64,000 nt of DNA, taken from NCBI GenBank assembly GCA_024408105.1, contig JAKSVG010000001.1, forward strand, positions 50,854-114,853, given 5' to 3'. Below, in pieces: positions 19,158 to 29,275 of the stretch. The position numbers and the translations under genes are program-made. The notes beneath the pieces are model-generated. The model worked only from the letters and a program-made list of their open reading frames with translations. It ran no database searches and was not told where the DNA came from. Source of the stretch: Bacilli bacterium (lineage in GTDB: Bacteria > Bacillota_I > Bacilli_A > RFN20 > CAG-826). How positions within the stretch are numbered: the first letter of the stretch is position 1; each line of letters opens with the position of its first letter.

Positions 19158-20262
19158 TATTTAACTCCTTTGGTAAATACATCTCAAAACATTTATCAGT
19201 TAATTCATTGGTAATATCTTTGTTGTGCGCCAATAAATATTTTTTATTATCAATTAACGTATCAATGAACCCTTGCTTGTAATTGGCAAGGCTTGAATTA
19301 ATTAGCCATCTAGAATCAAAACCTCTTGTAGGTTCTATTTTATCGCTCGTATAAACAACCATTCCTAATGGACTCATATTCTCGTTGCCTGTGCAATGAT
19401 ACTTGATTGCCTCTAACATTTCTTCATCTTCAATGCTAAATAATTCTTTGGCAAGGTATTCACCAATAAATTGGTGGTATGAAAACGAAGGAAAATTTAC
19501 ATATTCTGGATAATACTTTTTCATCAGCGAAACCATATTCTCATCTTCTTTATAATAAGTTTTGCCAACATCATGAAGTAATCCAGCAAAATAATATTTT
19601 TCTAAGTTAGACAATTTATTGACCTTTGCGATTCTAAGTGAGAGATTAGCAACTTGAATGCAATGTTCTAAACGATCTTTTGGTAAAATCTTTTCTAGTT
19701 TAGAAAAGAAATATAATTTATGTTTTTCAATATAGTCTAAAACTTTTTCAGGAATATCAATAGATTTCATCTCTCTAAAACTAGTCGAGCTTACATCTCC
19801 ACTCTCGAGAAAACTTAAATCAAGCATATGGTATGTCTTTATAACATTTTGATCTAGTTTTACGCTTGGTCGAGAAACAAATGTTATTTGAGCTAGATTA
19901 GCTATTTCCTCAGCGTTTTTCCATTCACTAAATCTATTGACCTGGTCTGCGCCAATTAATAAATACAATTTATCTTTTGGATATTTTTTCTTGAAATGAC
20001 GAACTGTATCAATTGTGTAGTTAATATCAGCATTACTCTTAATTTCAAAATCTGATATGGTAGTTCCACTCGGGCATTGCTTTATAGCCAATTTTAGCAT
20101 AGCTAATCGTTCTTTATATGTCGTTAATGGCGTTTTCCATCTAGGTGATCTAGCAGGAATGAAAATAACATCAGCATTCAACTTTAAAGAGGCAGCTGAC
20201 GCGATTCGCACATGTCCATTATGGATCGGGTCGAATGTTCCACCGAATAGGATATAATTCAT
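19144..20262 (-). CDS. nadD: Nicotinate-nucleotide adenylyltransferase NadD fused to a YqeK-type HD phosphohydrolase
   Basis: N-terminal GGTFDPIHNGH nucleotidyltransferase motif. C-terminal HD domain (H...LLHDVGK). 372 aa, where NadD alone is about 190 aa. Confidence 0.85.
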   Translation of the reverse strand: MNYILFGGTFDPIHNGHVRIASAASLKLNADVIFIPARSPRWKTPLTTYKERLAMLKLAIKQCPSGTTISDFEIKSNADINYTIDTVRHFKKKYPKDKLYLLIGADQVNRFSEWKNAEEIANLAQITFVSRPSVKLDQNVIKTYHMLDLSFLESGDVSSTSFREMKSIDIPEKVLDYIEKHKLYFFSKLEKILPKDRLEHCIQVANLSLRIAKVNKLSNLEKYYFAGLLHDVGKTYYKEDENMVSLMKKYYPEYVNFPSFSYHQFIGEYLAKELFSIEDEEMLEAIKYHCTGNENMSPLGMVVYTSDKIEPTRGFDSRWLINSSLANYKQGFIDTLIDNKKYLLAHNKDITNELTDKCFEMYLPKELNNEKR

Positions 20263-20263
20263 T

Positions 20264-21424
20264 TTATTTTTTCTTCTTAATTAATATTTTTGAACGTGAA
20301 TGATACATTGAAACATTCTTAGGCACATAAACTCTAATGGTTTGTTTGTTTGCTTCAAATGAAACCCATCCAAGACCTAATATGCCAATATCACGTTGAT
20401 TTGATTCGGTGACCACCACATCATATACATCCAAATCTTTTACTGATTTAATATACGATAAAGCTGGCTTTAATGATTTCTTTGAAATCATCTTTACAAA
20501 TCTTTCATCAATTGGCAGTGATTCTTTGTTATGGTGTTTTTTAAATTTAATATGTTCGTGGAAATAGCAAGAGAACGTAGTTTTTTTGCCACTTACAAGT
20601 TCAATAATTGCCATTCCTCCAATAAGCATGCATTGTTTGCGATTCAATGTCACTACACGTGGTTTAACACTTTTTGTGATCCAGATTTCACGCATAGTAG
20701 CCTTATCAAGGTTAAATAGAATAGAGTTATCTAAGGATATACCAGGAGTATTATAAAGATTTGATTTTGTACTTAGAGGAATTTTCATAACACTCAAATC
20801 TGTGTTTTTGTATGGTTCAGTAACAATATTTCCTTTGGAAAGATTGTTAAATACTCTTAAAAATGATGAAAGTAATGTTGACTTACCAGAAAGCTGACTA
20901 CCAACAAGATAAACATCCTTGCCATTTTTTAATTCATAAATTCTGGTCATGATTTCACGAGCTGTTTCATCATCAAACGCATTCGCAACAATAACGTTTT
21001 CAGAATGAATAGTTAAACCGGCAGCTCTAAATCTATGAGCAACATACTCTTTGGTTAATTCTTTGCTTGTTTTTGCAGGGAGAAGGTCAAATTTGTTTCC
21101 AACAACAAGAATATTCATCCCTTCTAATATTTCATTAATTTGATGATTAAATGCTGCTTCAAAAGAAAATAAGTTAACAACATAAACTATTAAGGACCCT
21201 TTCTTCTTTGCGTCATTTAACAAAGTTAAAAAGTCAGGATCAAGCAATGGCTCGTTACTTCTTTCTTTGAAACGTTCGAGTTCAAAACATTTGTCACAAA
21301 ATAAGAAATTTTGTGTCGCGTTTTCTAAAACCTCTTTTTTAACATATCCTTCTTTTGAAGGGTGCTCACATTGAAGTATTGCGCCACAGTTGTAACATCT
21401 TCTTACTTTACTTATTTCCGCCAT
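20264..21424 (-). CDS. yqeH: Ribosome biogenesis GTPase YqeH
   Basis: N-terminal CxxC...C zinc ribbon and a circularly permuted GTPase. The ATG at 21424 has a GGAAGGAGA RBS. The ORF-track start at 21445 is TTG. Confidence 0.85.
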   Translation of the reverse strand: MAEISKVRRCYNCGAILQCEHPSKEGYVKKEVLENATQNFLFCDKCFELERFKERSNEPLLDPDFLTLLNDAKKKGSLIVYVVNLFSFEAAFNHQINEILEGMNILVVGNKFDLLPAKTSKELTKEYVAHRFRAAGLTIHSENVIVANAFDDETAREIMTRIYELKNGKDVYLVGSQLSGKSTLLSSFLRVFNNLSKGNIVTEPYKNTDLSVMKIPLSTKSNLYNTPGISLDNSILFNLDKATMREIWITKSVKPRVVTLNRKQCMLIGGMAIIELVSGKKTTFSCYFHEHIKFKKHHNKESLPIDERFVKMISKKSLKPALSYIKSVKDLDVYDVVVTESNQRDIGILGLGWVSFEANKQTIRVYVPKNVSMYHSRSKILIKKKK

Positions 21425-21953
21425 ATAATTTCTCCTTCCAATCAATTATTAGGTTCTTTTTAAACAATTTCTTTTTTATAGGTCTTTCAAATATCCTATT
21501 AAATCTTGTTGTAGGTTGATCCTCTTTAACTAACTTTTCAACATATAACGATTTTATTTTAGCACGATTTGCAGCGGCAATATCAGTCATTAACTGATCT
21601 CCCACTAACATTACTTCGTTTTTACTGATATTTTTTGATTTAAGAAATTTATTAATTCCTCTAGCAAAAGGTTTTCCTATTGAACTTACATAAGGAACCT
21701 TTAACTCATCTGCATATATGCCAACACGCTTGCCTGTGTTATTTGAAAGGATATACATCTCAATACCATGATTATAAAGTTCTTCTTTAAGAAGAAAAAC
21801 TTGTTCGGATGGTTTCTTTGTTTTATATGAATCTAAAGTATTATCCAAATCAACAAGCAAAAATTTTACATTGTTTGCGACAAAAAATTCAACGTCAACA
21901 TCGAATATATTTTTAGCATGAACATAAGGAATGTAAGTTTTTAGCATATACAT
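21408..21953 (-). CDS. yqeG: YqeG-family HAD-IIIA phosphatase
   Basis: HAD motif LLVDLDNTL and the conserved position upstream of yqeH. Confidence 0.8.
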   Translation of the reverse strand: MYMLKTYIPYVHAKNIFDVDVEFFVANNVKFLLVDLDNTLDSYKTKKPSEQVFLLKEELYNHGIEMYILSNNTGKRVGIYADELKVPYVSSIGKPFARGINKFLKSKNISKNEVMLVGDQLMTDIAAANRAKIKSLYVEKLVKEDQPTTRFNRIFERPIKKKLFKKNLIIDWKEKLYGGNK

Positions 21954-22018
21954 ATTATAATGAAAAATTTACAAAAGAATATCTTTTGCAAAGAAAATAT
22001 ATAAATAACATATGCACG

Positions 22019-22050
22019 AAAAGAAAAATGTGGCAACTTTTGCCACAATT
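22019..22050 (-). terminator. Bidirectional rho-independent terminator after parC
   Basis: Perfect 7-bp stem GTGGCAA-ctt-TTGCCAC flanked by A- and T-runs. Confidence 0.65.
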
Positions 22051-22058
22051 TTCATTAA

Positions 22059-24677
22059 TTAGAAATCATCATCATCTTCAAATATTGAGATTTGTGTATA
22101 GCCTTTTTCTTCTTCAACTTTTTCTTCGGTTTGATTAGTAGAATTTTCGTTGTCAGATTCAATGGCAATTGGCTCAGTTTTTATTTCCTTTGATTCAATG
22201 TCTTTCGAGATATAATCATCGCCTTCGATGAACGGTATTTGAAGTGATAATTTTTTAGGCATATCGATTGTCATTTTCGCATAACGATCTATCGGTGTAA
22301 CATGATAGTCATCAACAACAATATCAACCACTTCTTTTATGTTGTTTAACACTCTAATGAGTGTTTTTTCACAATTTGTATCAAGTTTTTTAACATAAAT
22401 TAATTCGTGTGGTTCATTCTTAAATGAGCGGAAAACGATAGATGTTTTTCCAAGTCTATTTGTTAGATTTGTATTTGTAATATCATAGATGCGAACACAC
22501 CCTTTATCAGTAAGCAAAATTACCTTGCCTTTTGTATTATCTGCATCATATGTTTTTATAGCTGAAATAGTTGCTTTTCCTAGGTGAGAAAATGCTTTTA
22601 CTCCACCTGATTTCATGCCAGCAGATGGCAGTCCATTTTCGTTAAACATAGAAGAATTGCCATCACTAGTAAATAAGACGATATTAGAATTTCCAGTTGA
22701 GAAAGCAACATCGCATATTTCATCATCTTGAAGCAATTTCATGCACATTAATGGTTTGGAATATCTAATTACAGAGAAATCGCTTAAACGTAAACGTTTA
22801 ATTTGGCCATATTTCGAAACAAGAATAAAGAATAAATCATCTCTAAACTTTTCGATAACGTAGGCGCGCACAATTTTTTCATTAGGATTTAAGGAAATAA
22901 GATAATTTATGTGCTTTCCTTCATCTTTCCATTTATTTTCATTAATTTCGTGAATTGGAATATATAAGAAGTTTCCAACATTAGTAAAACAGATTAAATA
23001 ATCTGTTGTCATAGCCTTTCCAGAATAAATGCAAGCATCGCCATCTTTCATACCTGGCAATGGATTTACTCCACTGCTTCTATATGATTTAATTGATGAA
23101 TATTTAATATATCCATCACGACTAACAGCAAGCATAATTTCTTCCTTTGAAATAAGGTCACGTTTATCAATACTTATAGAGCCTTCTTTTTCAATAATTT
23201 GAGTTTTTCTAGGCTTACCATACTTGCTCGCAATTGCTTTCAAATCGCTTACTAATAAACGATCTAATTTCTTTCTATCTTGAAGTATTCCGTTAAGTGT
23301 GTCGATCGTAGACTCAAGTTGCTTTTTCTCATTGACTAAAGTAGTTAAATCTGTGTTGGACAACTTATAAAGTTGTAACATAACAATTGCTTCGCTTTGT
23401 GGCTCGCTAAAATTAAATTTTTCTTGTATGTTTTTCTTAGCATCAGCCTTGTCTTTACTAGCACGAATTGTATCAACAACATCATCCAAAATTGAAACTG
23501 CTTTAATTAATCCATCAACGACTTCAAGACGTGATTTAGATTTCCTTAAATCATAGTTCGAACGTCTGGTAATAACATCAACTTGATGGTCAATAAATGC
23601 ATCAATAAAATCTAATAAATTTAATGTTTTTGGTCTTCCGTTAACTATTGCAACATTATTTGCTGAGTATGAGGTTCTTAGTCCAGTTTTATTCATTAAA
23701 TAATTATGAATAACTTCAACATTTGCTTCTTTCTTTAAGTCGATTGCAATGCGTAAACCATCTCTTCCTGATTCATCTCTAACTTCAGAAATTCCGGAGA
23801 CGACCTTATCATGAATTAATTTATCAATCTCGTAAACGAGATTTGTTATTGTTGATTTATAAGGAATTTCACTAACAATAATTTGTTTTTCGTTTTTGTT
23901 ATCTACAATTTCAGTTTTAGCAGCAATTTCAATTCTTCCACGCCCAGTCAAATATATATCTTCTAAACCTTTGCTTTTATAGATATATCCACCACTAGGA
24001 AAATCTGGGCCAGGAATAAATTGCATCAAATCAATAGGTTCGACACGAACATGGCCAATTCGATAAATAACTGCATCTATTACTTCGCAAAGATTGTGTG
24101 TTGGTATTTCAGTTGCTAAAGCAACTGCAATTCCCTCGGATCCGTTAACTAAAAGGTTTGGGAATCTAGCAGGCATAACGACTGGTTCAAAATCAGTGTC
24201 ATCAAATGTTAAGGCCATATCAACAGTTTCTTTATCTATATCTCTCACCATTTCTTCAGCTATTTGGCTGAGTCTGGCTTCGGTATAACGATATGCTGCT
24301 GCTGGGTCACCATTTATAGATCCATTGTTACCTTGAAAGTCAATTAATGGATTATTTAATTTCCAATCTTGTGACATTCTCACTAAAGCTTCGTAAATTG
24401 ATGAATCACCATGTGGATGATATTTCCCCATAACTTCGCCGACTGTGTGAGCAGATTTTCGTGTTGGTCGAGTGAAAATATTGCCAGTTTTATACATAGA
24501 GAAGATTATTCTTCTCTGAACAGGTTTTAAACCATCTCTCGCATCAGGTATTGCTCGATCTTGAATAACATATTTTGCATATGTCGCATAACGAGTCGCC
24601 ATTATTTCTTCGACTGTTTCATTATGAATGTTTTCTTGTATTTCAATTTCGACGGGTTCTATTTTTCTTTTTGCCAT
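22059..24677 (-). CDS. parC: DNA topoisomerase IV subunit A (ParC). GyrA is not fully excluded.
   Basis: Type IIA topoisomerase A subunit with AAAYRYTEARL active-site Tyr and the QRRIIFSMY motif. No GyrA-box (QRRGGKG) is detectable in the C-terminal domain. Adjacent to plsY/yneF, as B. subtilis parE-parC is. Acidic C-terminal tail EDDDDF. Confidence 0.75.
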   Translation of the reverse strand: MAKRKIEPVEIEIQENIHNETVEEIMATRYATYAKYVIQDRAIPDARDGLKPVQRRIIFSMYKTGNIFTRPTRKSAHTVGEVMGKYHPHGDSSIYEALVRMSQDWKLNNPLIDFQGNNGSINGDPAAAYRYTEARLSQIAEEMVRDIDKETVDMALTFDDTDFEPVVMPARFPNLLVNGSEGIAVALATEIPTHNLCEVIDAVIYRIGHVRVEPIDLMQFIPGPDFPSGGYIYKSKGLEDIYLTGRGRIEIAAKTEIVDNKNEKQIIVSEIPYKSTITNLVYEIDKLIHDKVVSGISEVRDESGRDGLRIAIDLKKEANVEVIHNYLMNKTGLRTSYSANNVAIVNGRPKTLNLLDFIDAFIDHQVDVITRRSNYDLRKSKSRLEVVDGLIKAVSILDDVVDTIRASKDKADAKKNIQEKFNFSEPQSEAIVMLQLYKLSNTDLTTLVNEKKQLESTIDTLNGILQDRKKLDRLLVSDLKAIASKYGKPRKTQIIEKEGSISIDKRDLISKEEIMLAVSRDGYIKYSSIKSYRSSGVNPLPGMKDGDACIYSGKAMTTDYLICFTNVGNFLYIPIHEINENKWKDEGKHINYLISLNPNEKIVRAYVIEKFRDDLFFILVSKYGQIKRLRLSDFSVIRYSKPLMCMKLLQDDEICDVAFSTGNSNIVLFTSDGNSSMFNENGLPSAGMKSGGVKAFSHLGKATISAIKTYDADNTKGKVILLTDKGCVRIYDITNTNLTNRLGKTSIVFRSFKNEPHELIYVKKLDTNCEKTLIRVLNNIKEVVDIVVDDYHVTPIDRYAKMTIDMPKKLSLQIPFIEGDDYISKDIESKEIKTEPIAIESDNENSTNQTEEKVEEEKGYTQISIFEDDDDF

Positions 24678-24678
24678 A

Positions 24679-26619
24679 TTATTTTACCTCGTCAATGAAT
24701 GAGTCAACTTCGTTGAAGTTAACATTTTCTTCAACCCATTGTCTTCTTATAACTGTGTCATTTCCCATTAAAATCGATATTTCGCGAGCTGCAGAAACAG
24801 GGTCTTCAATAGTGACTTTGCACAATTGTCTTTGGGATGGATCCATTGTGGATTCCCATAATTGATTAGCGTCCATTTCGCCTAGACCTTTATAACGAGA
24901 AATTCTATATCCTGCGCCAATTTCTTTCTTTGCTTTTTCTAAATCAGCTTCATCCCATGCATATCTATAAACTAACTTATGATTCACTTCTTTAGAAACA
25001 CGATATAAAGGTGGCATTGCAACAAACAATTTTCCTTTTAAAATAAGTGGTTTCATATAGTTATAGAAAAATGTTAAAAGCAATGTTTGAATATGAGCAC
25101 CATCTGTATCAGCGTCTGTCATAATAATAACTTTTCCGTAATGTGAATTATCAGCTTTGAAGTCCTCACCAAAACCTGCTCCAATAGTATTAACAATTGT
25201 TGCAAATTCTTCATTTTTGAGCATTTTTTCCGTTGATACGGAATCCGTATTTAAAGGTTTACCACGAAGTGGTAGAATTGCTTGATGTAAATTGTTTCTT
25301 CCTTTTCTAGCGGTTCCTCCAGCAGACTCACCTTCAACAATAAAAAGTTCGTTTTTATCATAATCCTTTGATTGGCATGGAGTTAATTTATCAGACAAAA
25401 TCATTTCAGATTTTGCACGTTTCGTATTTCTTATCTCATCCTTTGCTTTTCTTGCAGCAACACGAGCATTTTGCGCATCAATGCATTTTTTAATTAAGTT
25501 TACAGCAAACTCTTTATTTTCGTTAAGATAATAACTAAAGTTATTATACACAAAGTTACTTACAATAGTTAGTGCCTCAGGCGTTCCAAGTTTTTGCTTT
25601 GTTTGTCCTTCATATTCTAACTTTTGTTCAGGGATCTTTAATGATATAACTGCGGTTAAACCTTCTCTTATATCAGTGCCCTCTAATTTAATTTTGCCTT
25701 TTAAAAGTTGGTTCTCTTCAGCATAATCATTTACTGCTTTCGTGATTCCTGATCTAAATCCGCTTTCGTGAGTACCACCATCTTTTGTTCTTACATTATT
25801 GGCATACGAATAAATATATTCGCCATAATCTCTTGAACAATATTGCATAGCAATATCTATCTTGATCGTGTCTTCTTCGCCAGAAAATGTTAACACTTCC
25901 CCGAGTTGCGATTTTTCTTTGCAAAGATTGGAAACGTATTCTTTAATGCCTTCTTTATAGCAAAACTCAACTTTTTCTCCATTTCTTTCATCAGTAAGAG
26001 CAAAAGTTACGCCTTTTAACAAAAATGCACTTTCTTGAATATGATTGGAAATAATCTCAAATTGAAAATTGGTTGTAGAAAATATTTTTGAATCAGGTTT
26101 GAACCTTACTAAAGTGCCGTGCTTCTTGGTACTACCAAGAACCTCTAGAGGTATAGCAAGTTTACCACCATTTTCAAAACGAAGATGATGGATACTGCCT
26201 GACTTAAAAACAGTAATGTCGCAATACTCACTAAGTGCGTTTGTAACACTTGATCCAACACCATGAAGACCAGCTGAAGAAGCATATACTTTAGATGAGA
26301 ATTTTCCACCACTATGCAGTGTGGAAAAAATTAATTGAACAGCTGGCATACCAGTTTGTTTATGAATATCGACCGGAATACCTCTGCCTTCATCTAAAAC
26401 GGAAACGGAACCATCTTTATGAATAGTTATGGTGATTTTATCACCATATCCGTTTAAAGCTTCGTCAACAGCGTTGTCTATAATTTCCCAAACAAGATGA
26501 TGTAAACCGGTCGAATTTGTTGAACCGATATACATTGCAGGACGTTTTCTAACGCCCGCTAATCCTTCGAGAATTTCGATGTCAGCCGCTGAATAATTAT
26601 TACTTTTCTCTAGTGCCAT
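24679..26619 (-). CDS. parE: DNA topoisomerase IV subunit B (ParE). GyrB is not fully excluded.
   Basis: GHKL ATPase, transducer and TOPRIM (EGDSAGG) domains. The first ATG is at 26619 (MALEKSN...). The ORF-track start at 26637 is TTG. Confidence 0.75.
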   Translation of the reverse strand: MALEKSNNYSAADIEILEGLAGVRKRPAMYIGSTNSTGLHHLVWEIIDNAVDEALNGYGDKITITIHKDGSVSVLDEGRGIPVDIHKQTGMPAVQLIFSTLHSGGKFSSKVYASSAGLHGVGSSVTNALSEYCDITVFKSGSIHHLRFENGGKLAIPLEVLGSTKKHGTLVRFKPDSKIFSTTNFQFEIISNHIQESAFLLKGVTFALTDERNGEKVEFCYKEGIKEYVSNLCKEKSQLGEVLTFSGEEDTIKIDIAMQYCSRDYGEYIYSYANNVRTKDGGTHESGFRSGITKAVNDYAEENQLLKGKIKLEGTDIREGLTAVISLKIPEQKLEYEGQTKQKLGTPEALTIVSNFVYNNFSYYLNENKEFAVNLIKKCIDAQNARVAARKAKDEIRNTKRAKSEMILSDKLTPCQSKDYDKNELFIVEGESAGGTARKGRNNLHQAILPLRGKPLNTDSVSTEKMLKNEEFATIVNTIGAGFGEDFKADNSHYGKVIIMTDADTDGAHIQTLLLTFFYNYMKPLILKGKLFVAMPPLYRVSKEVNHKLVYRYAWDEADLEKAKKEIGAGYRISRYKGLGEMDANQLWESTMDPSQRQLCKVTIEDPVSAAREISILMGNDTVIRRQWVEENVNFNEVDSFIDEVK

Positions 26620-26715
26620 ATATGTAAAACTCTTCAATTTGTGAAATTGATTATACCAAGAAAAAAGTTGAAAAGTAATCTACTTTTTTAGTATCATTGT
26701 TGAGGTTGTGAGGTT

Positions 26716-27453
26716 TTGAACATGGATATTATTTTATATAATATAGTAACAGCATTTTGCTCATTATTTTTTGGATATATTTTTGGAAGTATACCAACTG
26801 GAGTTATGGTTGGGAAGTTAATATATCATCGTGATCCCCGCCAAGAAGGTTCTAAAAATTCAGGTGGAACTAATGTTGGTCGGCTTTTTGGAAAAAAAGC
26901 CGGTGTGCTTGTAATTATATTAGATATGCTTAAATGTGTATTACCAACAATTTCTGCATGGGCAATTATAAGCTTTTCAGGATTAAGTGAAGCATTAGCT
27001 TCAGATACCTGGAGTCAATTCCATATTTTATACATTTATTTAACACCATTAGGCGTAGCTTTAGGACATTGCTGGCCATTATTCGGCGGGTTTAAGGGCG
27101 GAAAAGCAGTTGCGACATTCTGTGGATTCGCTGCTTGCTCATGTTGGGCAATATTGATTTTGGGTGTTATTACATTCTTCACAACATTAAAAGCAAAAAA
27201 ATATGTCTCACTGGCATCAATAATCACAAGTCTAGTCGCTAGTATTTTGGCATGGATTTTGTTTGTTCTAAAAATCACTGTTTTTCCAAGCCAAATTGAT
27301 ATCGTTATGTGGGGTGCTGGATCCTTCCTAGTTTGTGGGTGGGAATTCGCATCTGTATTAACGCTAATTTCTTTAATGCTAATAATTCGCCATAGAGCAA
27401 ATATCGTCCGTTTGGTTAGACACGAAGAAAGAAAGATAAAATGGATGAAGTAA
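26716..27453 (+). CDS. plsY: Glycerol-3-phosphate acyltransferase PlsY
   Basis: Multi-TM protein with PlsY motifs (GSGN-like NSGGTNVGR). Divergent from parE, as in B. subtilis. The first ATG is the third codon. Confidence 0.85.
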   Translation: MNMDIILYNIVTAFCSLFFGYIFGSIPTGVMVGKLIYHRDPRQEGSKNSGGTNVGRLFGKKAGVLVIILDMLKCVLPTISAWAIISFSGLSEALASDTWSQFHILYIYLTPLGVALGHCWPLFGGFKGGKAVATFCGFAACSCWAILILGVITFFTTLKAKKYVSLASIITSLVASILAWILFVLKITVFPSQIDIVMWGAGSFLVCGWEFASVLTLISLMLIIRHRANIVRLVRHEERKIKWMK

Positions 27454-27518
27454 TAGTATGTCGTTAGTAGTTTTTTAGTAGTTTTATTTATTGTGTGAAA
27501 TTCCTAGATAATTTGAAG

Positions 27519-27555
27519 ACTCCCAAAATTGTTTCGATGAATTGGGAGTTTTTAA
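27519..27555 (+). terminator. Rho-independent terminator after plsY
   Basis: 8-bp stem ACTCCCAA / TTGGGAGT followed by TTTTT. Confidence 0.6.
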
Positions 27556-27769
27556 TTGACGTTTTTTTACAGAGAGTTCGTATCTTATGAAAAAGTTACT
27601 TCTTCCACTACTATGATTTTTTTAGCTTGCAACAGAGGCCTATTTTAGCCTCGTAATATATGTCTATGAACAATTCCCTACCCTATTATTATTTGCGTGA
27701 TTCTAGCGCCTTTTCTGTAATAATTTTATTTTTGATTTTTGGCTTATATTTTTCGCAAAAATTCCCACA

Positions 27770-27800
27770 AAAAAAGCGCCGAATTTTCGACGCATTTTTT
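27770..27800 (-). terminator. Terminator after yneF (bidirectional hairpin)
   Basis: GCGCCG-aatttt-CGACGC flanked by an A-run and a T-run. Confidence 0.5.
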
Positions 27801-27811
27801 TGCATGTTTTT

Positions 27812-28033
27812 TTATTGATTTCGCTTCATTGAATTCATGACAGCTTTGATTTGTGCTTCAGATGGTTTGCGACCCATTTGCATAAACATTGCTCTTATCA
27901 TGTTTTCGTTTATTGGTGGATTTTTTTGGAGTTGTCTTTTGAGAAACCATCTCGTGACAATAAATCCGATTATCAATCCTCCAACCAAACAGCCGATTAG
28001 GGCAGCGACAAATACTCCTACTTCAATATTCAT
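27812..28033 (-). CDS. yneF: UPF0154-family small membrane protein YneF
   Basis: 73 aa, N-terminal TM helix plus a charged tail. The same neighbourhood as B. subtilis yneF/plsY/parE. Confidence 0.7.
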   Translation of the reverse strand: MNIEVGVFVAALIGCLVGGLIIGFIVTRWFLKRQLQKNPPINENMIRAMFMQMGRKPSEAQIKAVMNSMKRNQ

Positions 28034-28041
28034 ATAATCAC

Positions 28042-28599
28042 CTATGCACGGCCGTCATATATGCCTGTATCTGTGCGAACAAGTATAGTTTCACCGTTTT
28101 CAATGAATAATGGAACTTTAACTTGGAATCCTGTTTCTACAGTAGCTAATTTCATTGCTTTATTGACTGTATCTCCACGAACTCCTGGCTCACAATCAGT
28201 AATCTTGAGTGCTACACTTGTAGGAAGTGTGATACCTAAGATTTCCTCTTCAAAGAAGAGAATGTCAATTTCTGCATTTGATACAAGGAAATTTTGTTCC
28301 CACTCAAGTCTTGATTTTGCAATCTCAATTTGTTCATATGTTGTGTTGTCCATAAAGACAAGAGTTTCACCAGCATCATATAAATAAGCCATTTTCTTTT
28401 TATCTAATACGGCTTTTTCAACATCATATCCACTATTTCTAGCAAGTTCTGTGATTGCGCCTGTGCGCATATTCTTAGCTTTAACTTTTGCAACCATTTT
28501 TCTCATGGCTGTTTTATTAAGAAGAATATCCATAACTTGATAAAGATTGCCTTCATCAATGAAATAGTTTCCTGGTCTTAATTCAGTAACGTTCATCAT
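28042..28599 (-). CDS. efp: Elongation factor P
   Basis: 185 aa with the KOW-like N-terminal domain and EF-P signature. Confidence 0.9.
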   Translation of the reverse strand: MMNVTELRPGNYFIDEGNLYQVMDILLNKTAMRKMVAKVKAKNMRTGAITELARNSGYDVEKAVLDKKKMAYLYDAGETLVFMDNTTYEQIEIAKSRLEWEQNFLVSNAEIDILFFEEEILGITLPTSVALKITDCEPGVRGDTVNKAMKLATVETGFQVKVPLFIENGETILVRTDTGIYDGRA

Positions 28600-28634
28600 T
28601 AAATCCTCCTAATGTAAAAATATTATACTTATTT

Positions 28635-29252
28635 TTATATATTCCGCAAATACGGATTATATTTTGATTCTCTTTCAATCGTCGTGTTTGGCCCGTGCCC
28701 AGGGAAAACTTTTGTTTCTTTTGATAAAATCAAAAGTTTTCTCAAACTCGATTCAATTGTTCTACTGGATCCGCTAGGCAAATCAGTTCTTCCGATTGAA
28801 GACATAAATAATGTGTCGCCTGAAAATAGCACATTTTCTTGTTTAATATAAAAACACGAACTACCAATCGTGTGAAAAGGCGTATGAATCATTGTAATTT
28901 CATAGCCGCCCGCTTTAAATTGCTCGTTGTCGCATAAAATAACTACGTTTTTTGGAACATAAGTTAAACTATTTCTTAAATTATATTTTGGATCACCAAT
29001 TTCAATTAATGTATGATCCGAACAATAAATTTGTGCATTTGGAAACATAGAACAAATATCTTCTAATGCTCCAATATGGTCAAAATGACCATGAGTTATT
29101 AAAATTGCTGTTATCGTTAAACCAAGCTTTTTAATATGCTCAATTAAACAATTTCCGCCATTATATCCAGGGTCTACGATAAGCGCATTATTCTTATCTT
29201 TGTATAAAAAATAAGTGTTACAACCAAGTGCTTTTTCGTATTTATCTAACAT
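28635..29252 (-). CDS. MBL-fold metallo-hydrolase
   Basis: THGHFDHIG metal-binding motif. The ORF-track start at 29312 overlaps rpmG. The internal ATG at 29252 removes that overlap. Confidence 0.7.
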   Translation of the reverse strand: MLDKYEKALGCNTYFLYKDKNNALIVDPGYNGGNCLIEHIKKLGLTITAILITHGHFDHIGALEDICSMFPNAQIYCSDHTLIEIGDPKYNLRNSLTYVPKNVVILCDNEQFKAGGYEITMIHTPFHTIGSSCFYIKQENVLFSGDTLFMSSIGRTDLPSGSSRTIESSLRKLLILSKETKVFPGHGPNTTIERESKYNPYLRNI

Positions 29253-29275
29253 ATAAAAAAGAAGGATTATAAATC

